Source: Podarcis cretensis
Taxonomy: Eukaryota
Assembly (NCBI GenBank): GCA_951804945.1
Contig: OX638149.1
Span: 31,372,001-31,436,000, forward strand
DNA: 64,000 bases
Direction of reading: 5' to 3'
Shown: in pieces, positions 23,864-35,509 of the stretch
How positions within the stretch are numbered: the first letter of the stretch is position 1
Layout of the letters: the number at the start of each line of letters is the position of its first letter
Made by a program: the position numbers and the translations under genes
Notes under the pieces: model-generated
Databases searched by the model: none
What the model saw: the letters and a program-made list of their open reading frames with translations, nothing else
Told to the model about the DNA's origin: nothing

Positions 23864-23966
23864 TAGCTCAGAGCATGAGATTCTAAATCTTAGAATTGGG
23901 GGTTTGAACCCCACATTGGGCAAAAGATCCCTGTGTACCATCTAACTCTACAATTCTATGATTCTG
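23864..23966 (+). mobile_element. tRNA-Lys/CR1-tail SINE, degraded; tail continues at 24491-24503
   Basis: tagctcagagcatgagattctaaatct...gaaccccacattgggc, then actctacaattctatgattct. Confidence 0.7.
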
Positions 23967-24490
23967 TGTCAGGAGTGGGAGTCAGGAGCAAGTCGGTAAT
24001 AAATCACAAGACATGAGTAAAGTTAACTCTTTATTCAAGGAAACAAATTCGACTCAGAGGCCAGGCCTAGTGAGCACCGGAACGCATCCTGGTAGATCTT
24101 TCCCCTCCTCCCCAGGTCCTTCCCAAGCAATCTGAGACTATGTCACCATTTCTGTATTTGCTCTGCCCTCTTCATACCTCTTCTGGTTCTGGGAGACCAG
24201 GGTGGGAAGGGAGCTGGTTGCAGCAGGAGGGAGAGATTTCTTCAGCAACATCCCTCATCACTGCTTCTAGCCCCCCACCCCACCCCACCCCACCCCGTCC
24301 AACCTCTGCTTCTGCCTCTGCTTCTGGGCTGCTCTCTGCCCCAGCCTCTTCCTCCCCCAGTCTGCTCTCTTTTCCCTCTGACCACTCATCATCATCCCAC
24401 CACCAATCCCCTGACTCAGAGCCTTCTTCCCTTGGGGGTTCCCCAGCTGGTATCTCCCACCACTCCTCTGCATCCAGCCAGTCCATGACA
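23967..24490 (-). mobile_element. Solo LTR (Gypsy-like), copy 3
   Basis: TGTCA...TGACA termini, flanks ttctg/ttcta (5-bp TSD with one mismatch), minus-strand AATAAA near 24030. Confidence 0.8.
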
Positions 24491-25904
24491 TTCTATCATT
24501 CTAGCTCCCAGAATTCTTTGGGGAAGCCGTGACTGTTTAAAGCAGAATCGTAGTGCTTTAAATGCAGAGTGTGAATGTGGCCTTACAAAGTGTCAGCACT
24601 TTTGGCTTTCTAATGGTAGCATAACTAGCTTTGCCTCATGTTGCGTAATTACTGGACCCAAGGCACCTTTTGCTTTGGCCAAAAACTGTATTTCTCCTTG
24701 TTTAGCTTCATGGATCTGATCCATTGCTCAGCATTTTCTTGGGATCTTCCATTGAGAGGCCATATGTTTGGATTCCATCGCTGAAGACGACTGCTCCTTT
24801 TCTCTGGGTGCTTCTGTCATCTCCCTCTGAAAAACCTCAAGAGCATGTTCCTTTTTATTTTTCCTCCAAAAAAAGAGCTTGGGTGTTTGGGATAAAACCT
24901 TAAGCATCATTTCCAGGAGATGATTATGCACTGCTGTACTAACAAAATTCATGTTTGGGGTGCTTCTACACAAGAGCTCTTCGGTGCTGTTAAGACATTG
25001 CTTGTTTTGCAAGTAGCAGGAAGCAGAATTAAAATTAGGGTTCCATACAGCTTTAGCTGTGCCCTTTCATATGGCCGAAGATGGTTCTATAATATCTTCT
25101 CACAAATAAGCTGCTCTCAGCCACTTACCTGGCTACTTCAGGTTTATTGCTTGCAGGTTTAGCTGGTTTTATTGTTTTCTTATTGCTCCCAGTGGGACGA
25201 TTACTAAGTAATGTCTCCTTCAATAGGTGCTGTATGAATTGCCCCATGTTAATTTATTCTCCCATAAGGGAGTGGCCTTTGCTTTTGGTTACTGATTTCC
25301 TCATATCTTTTTTCTTAATTTAATTTTTCTTTTTTTCCATTTAAAAAAAGTAATGGGGAAAACAGGAAACCAGTAATTAAGCACATAACTGGGGGGGGGG
25401 GCAGTTCTAACGTGGAGCAATTTGCAGAGAGGCTATTCAAGGGGAAATTACAAGTCACCCAGCTAGGGTCAACAGGAAGCAATAAAGTCAGCTGACCATA
25501 CAAAGAGGAAGTGATTTGTTTACAGGCACAGGATCCTTGAAAAACATTGGTACTGCTTCGTTGGTCCACATTGAACAGCCTCAATCTCCAATTCTATTTT
25601 AATATTTTAAAACAATCACAAATCATGTCTGGAAAAACATGGGAGGGCAGCACAGAAAGCAAGTGATTGGGAAAAAAAATATGGATGTTCTATAAAAAGT
25701 GGGTGAACAAAGGAGAGCAATTCCATAGAAAAGGGTTAGTGTGGAAGCATCTGTGGACTAGACAAAGTTAAAATGGAAGGGGAGGCCCCCCACTTCAGAG
25801 GATTGCCCCCAAATTCTAAAGAGCGACAAGGATGGGGGAAGAAAGGTAGTGCACACATTCTTGCTCCCTTTCCGATATGTTTATTTTAACCCACAATATG
25901 AATA

Positions 25905-26149
25905 CAGTGGTATCTCGGGTTAAGAACTTAATTCATTCTGGAGGTCTGTTCTTAAGCTGAAACTGTTCTTAACCTGAGGTACCACTTTAACTAATGGGGC
26001 CTCCTGCTGCTGCCGCCGCGCCACTGCCACATGGTTTCTGTTCTCATCCTGAAGTAAAGTTCTTAACCCGAGGTACTATTTCTGGGTTAGCAGAGTCTGT
26101 AACCTGAAGCGTCTGTAACTTGAAGCATCTGTAACCTGAGGTGCCACTG
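25905..26149 (-). mobile_element. Tc1/mariner MITE, family B
   Basis: Same TIRs and TA TSD as the 6966 copy, in opposite orientation. Confidence 0.85.
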
Positions 26150-27193
26150 TACCTGGATGTACCATAGGGTAAAGCAAATCTCTCTGTGTGATAAGGTGAA
26201 GTGATGATTCGGAATACTCAATAAATGCAACCTCAACAGGATTTGTTTGTACATTTGTTTTATTTCTCAGTTTGTTCGAAATGACCTGTACCACAAGAAT
26301 ACGATTTATTTAATTAGTTATTTGACAGTTTTTTTCTTTCTTTCAGGAGCAGATAATAGTTGAGTAGTTACTGTTTTATTTCATTCTTGTACTATGACAC
26401 TCTGCATAGTTTTGCACAGGCTTTCCCATCTTTTCCCCTTTGCTTGTTTTTGACTTCTCTTAACCATCAAGTCACCAGAGCAGGACTGGCTTTGGACCAC
26501 ATGACTGGCCAAAAAACCTCAGCCACATACATTCTTAGGGTTTCTTTCCTTCCTTTTTTGACAGCTGCTTTAGCATGGTTTCAAAATACGTGTTCGACAT
26601 TTCTGAACACATGAGTCAGTCTGGTTATGAAGAGAGAAGAAAATAACGCCCCTTATTTGGCATGAACAATACTGTTGGGTTGTGGTTTTGCAGTTTCTTC
26701 ATATTTTCAAAATAATGCCCGCCTTTTCCTCAGGTGCAAGGGGTGGTGGGTATCGCACCATTGATCTGAAATGATTCCCATCAACTTGGGTGTTTGTGAA
26801 TGCAAGGAATGTGAATGCAAGCAGCATTTGTTGCCTCCATGGCTCATAGGGAGGGTTGTATTTCAGAGCAGATGACAGTGACCTATGTAAAGCTTTGGGA
26901 AGGAGAGAGTACACTGCAGGTTACAGGTAGGCACAGAAGTAGGATGACACAGCTTCCTGGGAAGGGAGAGGTTGACAGATGTCATGCTTCTATTCTAGTG
27001 AAGGCACTTACCTGCATGCCTTGCCCTAAACTAATCCCAGGGTTAGCACTTGGGGACTTCATTACCTACTCCATGGAAGCTACTATTGTCTGAGGGTTTG
27101 CAGTTGTCAGAATCATTCTTGTATCAGTAGTTCATACCTTACAAAATATTTGACTCCTATGTGGAGGACCGGATAATTGCTTAGTGCATGCTT

Positions 27194-27229
<36 letters not shown>

Positions 27230-27713
27230 TCTGCTAGTTCCAAAGGCATGGAACCAGAGCTGTCCCCATATTGCTAAAATCTGAAGCTGGTCTGTGCTAT
27301 CCACTCTCCCTATAAGAAAGCATTACCAAGCTGCTGCTCTGGTTGATTGCTACTGTCTTCCTCAGATGTATGTTCTATTAAATTAATTTGGAATATGTTG
27401 TCTCAGCCCCCTCTACGATTATGGATGGTATCCACATAATGCCTTCCACCTCCACGTGGATTTCCACTTGCACAGTGAGACTCACCCCCTCTTCTCCCCC
27501 TCCTTGCACCCTGCAACCTCCCCAAATCTGCTTTGAAGGGTTGGGAGAACCCCTGGAAGAGATTTAGGGGATTGGTGGTCAGAGGAGAGTGGAGAAGTCC
27601 CATTGTGCAACTAGCAATCCTTGCACTGGCAGGACCATGACAACCCTATATCCCTAAGATTAAACCATCTTCAAAATTACTGAAGGTTATGTGGTCTTCA
27701 CTTAGTTTTCACC

Positions 27714-27850
27714 AGTCTTCTTCAACCTGGTGCCATTCAGATGTTTTGGATTACAATTCCCATCCTCCCTGACAACTGGCCATTCTAGCTGGGGCTGATG
27801 GGAGTTGGAAACGCAAAAATCATCTGGACGGCATCAGATTGGGGAATGTT
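27714..27850. mobile_element. Palindromic hAT MITE, degraded
   Basis: cagatgttttggattacaattcccatc...gatgggagttgga..caaaa.catctgga core shared with 32415. Confidence 0.65.
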
Positions 27851-28364
27851 GGTTGAGAGTGATGCAGCTATATCTCTGAACCAAAAAGGGTGCAGTGAGT
27901 CATGGACAAGCAGGCTCCACATTGCCTCTGACTTTAGAAAAAATAAACACTGGTACAATATATCCTTGATTATGCAGAGCTGTGGGCAATGCCCTGCTTG
28001 AGAGCTTACCAGAATGGCCACAATTGGAGACAAAAGACTGTACTAAATGGACCCTGGGTGTAACCCAGCAAGGCAGTGATTTTATGCTCCAGCAACATAA
28101 GATGACCTTAGGCTATTTGCAAATGAACAAAGTGGTAGTTTTACAAACATGGGAACAAGAAGTATTTGTTCCCGCGTTTATTGCGTTTACTGAGTCTTCA
28201 CTTGTTTACTGCCCCAAAGTGGCAGTGAAGGAAGGCTGCTTTAAATGAGCATGAAAATGCTCCTCCCAATAAGGACCTATGATTGAGGCCTGTAGTGCCA
28301 GGAGCTCTCTCTCTAGCCTTTAGCAGAGAAATCCCGCAACCATGCTTTGCAAAGGAGAGAGACA

Positions 28365-28550
28365 GGAACATAGGAAGTCTTGTGCAAATTCAGGTCTATT
28401 TGCCCGTAGCCCAGTATTATCTACTTTGATGTGCAGTGGGTCTCTAGGGTCTAAGCTGGGGGCCTTCCCCATCACCTGTGATCTGATCCTTTTCAACAGA
28501 GATGCCAATAAAGGAACTCAGGACCTTCTGAGCTCTGCCAGTGAGCTACT
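28365..28550 (-). mobile_element. tRNA-Ala-derived SINE, degraded, without MITE
   Basis: gaacataggaag tail and cagtgagctac head end; collinear with 42117-42320. Confidence 0.55.
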
Positions 28551-29769
28551 GTTGTCCCCTACATGTGATGGCTATTTTGGAGAAGAATGACAATGACTGT
28601 TAGTAGGATAAAGAAAGCTGGGGAGAGAGGAAGGCTACTCTGAGAGAAGGAGCATCCATCAAAATACTTTCCCCCATGGGTGGAAAAGAAGTAGGGAGCC
28701 ATTGTGAGCAGAAAACTGGAGCTGTTTGTCATCCAAAAACAAAACTGTCAGGAGATTGTAAGTATGGTCCAGCCCCCAAATCAGTTGCCAACCACAGGCG
28801 TCCGAAGGGAGCTGCATGATTACTGTGTTTATTTCTGTCGCATCCTTCATAGTCATGGAAGACCAGTTTAGCAATCTGCTGGCTCCCTCCCTACCCACTT
28901 TTTCCGTCTTCAAAAAAGAGGACCTTTGGATTAGCATCTGGATGAAGCAGCAAAGTGAATTAGTACAAAGTAAAGAAGTTGAGGCCTCTGTTCTGATTTA
29001 CCTTAGGAAGCAGACGGGACACTGCCCAGCCCTCACTTGGCAAATGATATATATATTTTTGCCATCTATACCTTTTATTGCTTTGGTTAGACCTATTTTC
29101 ACATGTTGTTTTGACCACTCCCTTTGGAAGTAAAATTCACTTGTATGGTCATCTTGGCTTCAATGCTGCTTCTGCAACAGTGGGTTTAACTCTTGAACTC
29201 ACTGCTGGATCCCAAAATAACCGTGAAAACAGACACACAAACACATCACCCTCCTGAAAAGCCACAAACCAGTCAAAGCCATCTGGACTTGTGGCTCTGT
29301 GGGACTGATGAGAAGAAAAGTAATTAATCTCTGAAAAGAGGGTTGGCAGGGGCCTAGCTAACTTGGAAGCCGTTATTTTTATAAATATAACCTAGAAACC
29401 TTACCTCCCCAATCCCTTGATTGGGAAGGAGAAGCACTTCCAATTCTCAGAGGCACTCTCTTACTTATCACTTCAAGCCTGCCATTCAAAACAGGTTTTG
29501 GCTCAAACATAAGCCTTGCTACCCTTGCCTTCCTTCAGCTACATTCAAGCTGGATTCAAGCAACTGACCTCAATGAGAGAGTTGCCACAGTGGGAAAGGA
29601 ATGCGGAGGCAAAAATTAAGTATCTCCCCTGGGTTGTTTTAGTTCTCTTAACATGGCGCAAGCCCAGCAGGTGAGTTCTTCTAATTCTTCTTCTCCCCTA
29701 CCTCTCAGGGAACGTATCCAATATTTGGATTTGGAGCTTGAAATCTATTGGTGAGGAAAGACTGGGAAA

Positions 29770-30736
29770 TGCCCTGGTTTGGGATAACTTTTATTTTGGC
29801 CCACTCCCTGTGATTCCAGTGACCTCGGGCCATGTGGAGAAAGAAGGAAAGGAGGTAGAGGGTTTTCTTTTTCGTTTTAAATAGCACCACGTCTAGGAGG
29901 ATGAAGGGATGACTGAGTGACTACAGCCTTGGAACAACAACAGAAAGTATCCAGCTACTTCCCTCTGCATGTTCTCACACAACAAGATCTTCTCTCTCTT
30001 TCTCTCTCAAGGACATGTCTCCAGCTTCTCTAGTAACCACCACCGGGAATGTTATGATTGCACATGGATAGGGGAAAGCCAGGTGCAAATATGCTGTACA
30101 ATATCACAGGATATCTTACACGGTCAGGCCTGTCCTTCCCAATAAGGAGGGCCTCTATGTACATGTTTTCTGTGTAGCTTGAGCACAGAAGGCAGCCATT
30201 CTCGACTTAAGAGATCCCATGACACTCCTCCCCAAACAGACCACCATCACATGGACCACAGCATTGAGGAAAGGGGTCAAGCTGCGGACCCACTGATGCC
30301 CAGATATATTTTTTAATCTCCTCTCACGCCACCATGCTATGAATGTTACAAACTCTTATTTTTCACCATTTTCTGCTTCAGTCCCCACACCCCTTCTCTT
30401 AGGTCAAAGAAGATGGGAATGGGCTGCCCTGAATAGTGCAAACAGCATCACTCTTAGGGGCTCCAGACTCCCTTTGGCTCCCTCTGCAAGTGCAAGAGCT
30501 TGTTCTATAATTTTCCAGAAAGAAAGAAAGGAGGGGGGGAAGAGTGATGTTGATTAAAAGAGTTTCCTTCTCTGTACACAATAATCTTCAGATGGATGTA
30601 CAGACTGGCGTGGCTGCCAGATGGATGTTAAATAATTCTTCCATAATAAATGATTGGAGATAAAAGCCAGCTGCCACCTCTGTTTGGTTAGCTCCATGGC
30701 CGCAACCTTGGCTTCCAGTTTGCTTCCTGGGCCCTG
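29770..30736 (-). other. ESRRB: Proximal ESRRB 3' UTR (true end not determinable)
   Basis: Repeat-free sequence after the stop. Minus-strand AATAAA candidates at 29790-29795, 29074-29079, 28828-28833 and 26259-26264. Confidence 0.5.
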
Positions 30737-30981
30737 TCAGACCTTGGCTTCCAGCATTTCTAGGAAGAGTTTGTGCATGGGGACCTTGCCCTGCAGTTTG
30801 ATGCTATAGAAGTGCTGCACGGCCTTGGCAGCTGTTTGCCGCAGGAGGGGAAGGGTGAGCAGCAGCTTCCCCGCACGCCGTGGTTCCTCATGACGCTGGC
30901 TCAGCTCGTAATCCTGGAGAGCTTCGTGGAGAAGGTCTTGGAGTTTCTGCACTGCATCCATGTCCTCTATGTGCATCGAAT
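30737..30981 (-). CDS. ESRRB: ESRRB last coding exon, LBD C-terminus with AF-2 helix and TGA stop
   Basis: Encodes (D)[80 protein letters not shown]; acceptor ctttgcag|AT. Confidence 0.96.
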
Positions 30982-31829
30982 CTGCAAAGAGACAAGGCAA
31001 AACAAACAAACCAGCGAAAAAGTGAGAGGGCAAATCTGCCTGTCCTTTAAGAAGAGCTGATGCACCTTTCTTATACATATCTCTGTCGTGTGAGAGGCAG
31101 CCTTTTCCGTGGCATGCACCACCTCCTAGATGGAACTTCCTGCCTTAGAGGTTAACACATATTCCACCAGCATTTGAGAACCTTTCTTTGTCTACAAGCC
31201 TTTGATTCTATTACTGTTTGTGGCTGCAGTCTAACTCCACTTACCTGGGAGTACGGTAAGTCCCATTGCATTTTCTAGGATTTCTGGGTAGACATGGTTA
31301 GGAATGCACTTTAAGTTGTGGGTTCTTGTATTTTTAGTTCGGGATCTTATGGTTCTTTCTAACGCAATTTTCAGTGTTGAGGCATGGGGGGGGATGTTTT
31401 TAATGTATCTATTTTTCATGATGGAATGTTTTTAGATAGGCCTCTCTACAATGTGCAGCTGCCTCAAGCCAGGTTCAAGCACTGGCTCTGTATCACAGTG
31501 GCAGTTTTCCAAGATCAAGGTAGCATTGGAGTTAGTAAAAAATGAAGTGAAACAAACCACAATGCTGGTTAAATATGAAATCGCTACGACCCAGTGATCT
31601 GGAAGCTGTTTCGACAACTAGAGGGATATAAAAACTAAAGGAGGTGCTCAGAACATCCTTTCTACCTTGAGCACCGTCAGACTGAACCAAAGGAATAATA
31701 AAGGAATGTTATCTCACTCTAGTTGTCTAGAAAGTCCCCATTTGGACCACACATAAAGCTCATGAACCCAATGTCTTTCATGGGCGATGGTGGCCAGATT
31801 CTCATGTCTATCCCAGATGGTAACCTTAC

Positions 31830-32099
31830 CTGAGTTGGCAAGAGCCAAGGCCTTGAGTGTCACAAACTCTTCCTTCTCCACCTTCAGCTTCTTATACCTG
31901 CGCACAAGCTGCAGGATGGCCAGGTAGAGTTCCAGCAGGCCCGTCAAGCGAGAATGTTCCTCATCCATGATGTAATCTTCAGCATAGACCAATTTATCCT
32001 CATAGGGTAATGAGCGGTAGACGATACCCAGGATGAGTATCTCCATCCATGCACTCTGCAATAGGCTCATCTGGTCCCCCAGGGAAAGATTAGAAAAGC
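31830..32099 (-). CDS. ESRRB: ESRRB exon, ligand-binding domain core (270 nt)
   Basis: Encodes (G)[89 protein letters not shown](D); acceptor ctgccag|GC, donor CAG|gtaagg. Confidence 0.96.
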
Positions 32100-32414
32100 C
32101 TGGCAGGGCAAGAATAGCAAGTCAGCTTACATACACAGGTAGGAGACGATGTTTTAGCACTGCCTGCTCCAAGCCCCGAAGCTTAGAAATCTGGCAGGGA
32201 CTCTGTTAGGTCACCCAGTGATGGAAACCTCAATATTCCCGTGGAGAGCCCTTGGCCATAAACATTTAACCACAGTTCAAGGTAAAAAAAATGCACCTTT
32301 GACTAAGTGCTAAAAAAAGAAGAAATGAAACTTTCAATCATTTCACTCACAGGTGTGCCACATTTTAAGAGCAAGTTGCATTTGCAGTTCCACATGGTAA
32401 GCCACTTCCTATGT

Positions 32415-32550
32415 CAGGCATGGCCAAACTTGGCCCTCCAGATGTTTTGGGACTACAATTCCCATCAACCCTGACCACTGGTCCTGTTAGCTAGGGATGA
32501 TAGGAGTTGTAATCCCAAAACATCTAGAGGGCCAAGTTTGGCTATGCCTG
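32415..32550. mobile_element. 136-bp palindromic hAT (Charlie/URR1-like) MITE in an ESRRB intron
   Basis: Arms of about 55 bp are near-perfect inverted repeats (CAGGCATGGCCAAACTTGGCCCTC...); perfect 8-bp TSD tcctatgt at 32407-32414 and 32551-32558. Confidence 0.9.
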
Positions 32551-33508
32551 TCCTATGTAGTTTGGGTGATTTTAACCATTCCATGACACACATGGATTTT
32601 GTAATGGAATACAATCCCATTCACACAATCCCATTTGGAATCACCTTCAGCTTGCCACATACCAAAGCTTCCCATTTCCTTTGGAAGCTGCACACATGAA
32701 TGAAAGAAAGAGTAAAGACTCAGGTGTTTTATTTAAAAGGACTGATCTATGTAATTTAGGTGGAACAGCTGCCTAATAAACCATGTATACTATAAACAAA
32801 TAAGTGCTCTCCATGTATACTATAAACAAATAAATGTAGAGCTGTGGATGTGTTTTCACACTTCCTGCCATAGAATAGCATTAAATACTGCCATGTGCCT
32901 GGCTATTGTTAGGCTTGCTTATACATCACACCAACAAGCTTTGTAGCATTTAATCACAAAAGTCCATTCACAATCCATTAAGTCCATTCAGGCTGCGAGC
33001 AGAAGGACCCCCTCCATGAGTGCAACTCCCTTCCAAAAACAGAAGCTCAATCCCTTTACAGAAAAAAAGTTAAGATCCAAGTCAATTTTTCTTAACAATG
33101 GAACTCAATACAGTTTTATAACATTGCCTCCACCAACCAGAGGATCATTAATGTTATCTTAGGACCCACAGGAACAAACAGCACCTATTCTGACATGAAC
33201 ACCAATTTGGGTACCAGGCAGACCAGACAATGAAAAGCCATGAATGAAAACTGAACAAATTAGAATTAGTAGTATTTATTGAGATCCCCACAATAGAGGA
33301 ATGCTGTGCTTGAAAACTACATAGTAAGATCATGTGTGTTGGCAGGAATTTTTCTAGGTGGTGGTGGGAAGGCAAAGTACATACTAGATGGGGGCCTGGC
33401 TAGTTTCTCACAAAAAATTAAAAATAATAGTTCCTGTATGTTTTGCCTTATAACTCAGATTCCGCAAGTACTAGAAATGTACTCTCTCACTTCCTTTTTT
33501 TTTTTTTT

Positions 33509-34442
33509 ACCAGTGAAGGCGGTAAAGGTCCTGTGTGAGTGTCTGGAAGCGGTTGGAGGATGTATGGCGGCTAACAGATTGAGGTTGAATCCTGACAAGA
33601 CAGAAGTACTGTTTTTGGGGGACAGGAGGCGGGCAGGTGTGGAGGATTCCCTGGTCCTGAATGGGGTAACTGTGCCCCTGAAGGACCAGGTGCACAGCCT
33701 GGGAGTCATTTTGGACTCACAGCTGTCCATGGAGGCACAGGTCAAATCTGTATCCAGGGCAGCTGTTTACCAGCTCCATCTGGTACGTAGGCTGAGACCC
33801 TATCTGCCTGCAGACTGTCTCGCCAGAGTGGTACATGCTCTGGTTATCTCCCGCTTGGACTACTGCAATGCACTCTACGTGGGGCTACCTTTGAAGGTGA
33901 CCCGGAAACTACAACTAATCCAGAATGCGGCAGCTAGACTGGTGACTGGGAGCGGCCGCCGAGACCATATAACACCGGTCTTGAAAGACCTACATTGGCT
34001 CCCAGTACGTTTCCGAGCACAATTCAAAGTGTTGGTGCTGACCTTTAAAGCCCTAAATGGCCTCGGTCCAGTATATCTGAAGGAGCGTCTCCTCCCCCAT
34101 CGGTCTGCCCGGACACTGAGGTCCAGCGCCAAGGGCCTTCTGGCGGTTCCCTCACTGCGAGAGGCCAAGTTGCAGGGAACCAGGCAGAGGGCCTTCTCGG
34201 TGGTGGCGCCCGCCCTGTGGAATGCCCTCCCATCGGATGTCAAGGCGATGGACAACTACCTGACATTCAGAAAACATCTGAAGGCAGCCCTGTTCAGGGA
34301 AGTTTTTAATATGTGACATTTTAGTGTATTTTACATCTCTGTTGGAAGCCGCCCAGAGTGGCTGGGGAAACCCAGCCAGATGGGTGGGGTACAAATAATA
34401 AATTATTATTATTATTATTATTATTATATTATTATTATTATT
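33509..34442 (+). mobile_element. Young 5'-truncated L2 LINE with an uninterrupted ORF2 C-terminus (about 267 codons)
   Basis: NRLRLNPDKTEVL, SRLDYCNALYVGLP, LQLIQNAAARL, DHITPVLKDLHWLPV and APALWNALP motifs; stop at 34316; (ATT)n tail. Confidence 0.9.
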
Positions 34443-35132
34443 TACGTGAAAACTGGGGATCTGGAGATTATGGTTCATCTGGAGGCAGAGCCACCTAGCC
34501 TGCCCACCTGCTCTCAAAACTGGAAAAATCAGAAGGAATATGGGAGATGAATAACATACAGTCCACACTGGAAAAATGAAAACAGGCATCACAGCTAGTG
34601 TGGGAAAGGAGGCAAGGAGATGGGTTTTGTTTCTGTGTGAAACGTAAGTGTAAGAAAAGGCCACTTCCTATATCACAAATTTCTTAATGTGCCAAGGACA
34701 AATGTCTGTCTACAAGTGATTCAGACATGAGTAAGACACTGGGAGTAGTTTGGCATATGACTATCTGACTCACAAACAGACACAGGTATAAATTTCCCTC
34801 TGTTGCAACTTTACTCACAAGAATGTCATGGACATCTCACTTTTGCATGATGAAATTTTCCATTTTCACTCTTGAGATGCTCTTTCAAAATTAGCAGACT
34901 CACACAAGAGTCCTGAAGAAATGGGGGGAACTGTTCTTGCTGAGGGGGGGGAGAGGATGAGAGTAGAAACACTACTGACAACTGAGCTTCTTCTCAGTAT
35001 TTCCTGACTCTTCCTAGTCTGTCACAACACATACACATCCTATATATAAAGAAAGCATGGAGACTCAATCTAGCCCAAAGTCTGCCTGCTCCTTCCACAA
35101 AGAGTGGTTTATTTTCACACCTTGGTTACAAC

Positions 35133-35509
35133 CAGGAATGGGGGAGAAATTCATTTTGTTCATTTGGCTTAATGTGAACCTAGATAACACCATACTTTCC
35201 AAACCAATATGCAAATCGAAATGCAGTTATCCTTATAACTCACTCTTCAACAAATTTTGCGATGCAGTTCTCACCAAACATATTTTAGGGAAAACTAAGC
35301 ACAAAACTGTGCATGTGAGCAAAAATAACACACAACAATGCCTTATATTAGGCTCTTGCAAAAATGCGTATACTGCTTGCAAAAACTGATATATTAGGAT
35401 AAGTGTACCCCAAAATGTGTTTGAGTTTTTAAAGGTTTGCAAACTGATGCAAACCGAATTTGAGATAGGAAAATTTAGAACATGACATTGACAGATTCAT
35501 CTGTTCCTA
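35133..35509 (+). mobile_element. Family H hAT-like element
   Basis: Collinear with the 3790 and 59359 copies. Confidence 0.6.

Larger units (their letters stand above)
23662..24583. mobile_element. MITE (possibly PIF/Harbinger-like) hosting a nested SINE and LTR
   Basis: Perfect 15-bp TIRs AGGCCACATTCACAC / GTGTGAATGTGGCCT with longer imperfect subterminal inverted repeats; TSD not clear. Confidence 0.7.

Noticed and set aside
33306-34316. Longest ORF (336 aa) as a host gene
   Set aside because: Residues from about 33510 on are L2 ORF2. The first 68 or so codons are chance open intronic sequence, and the RT catalytic core is missing.
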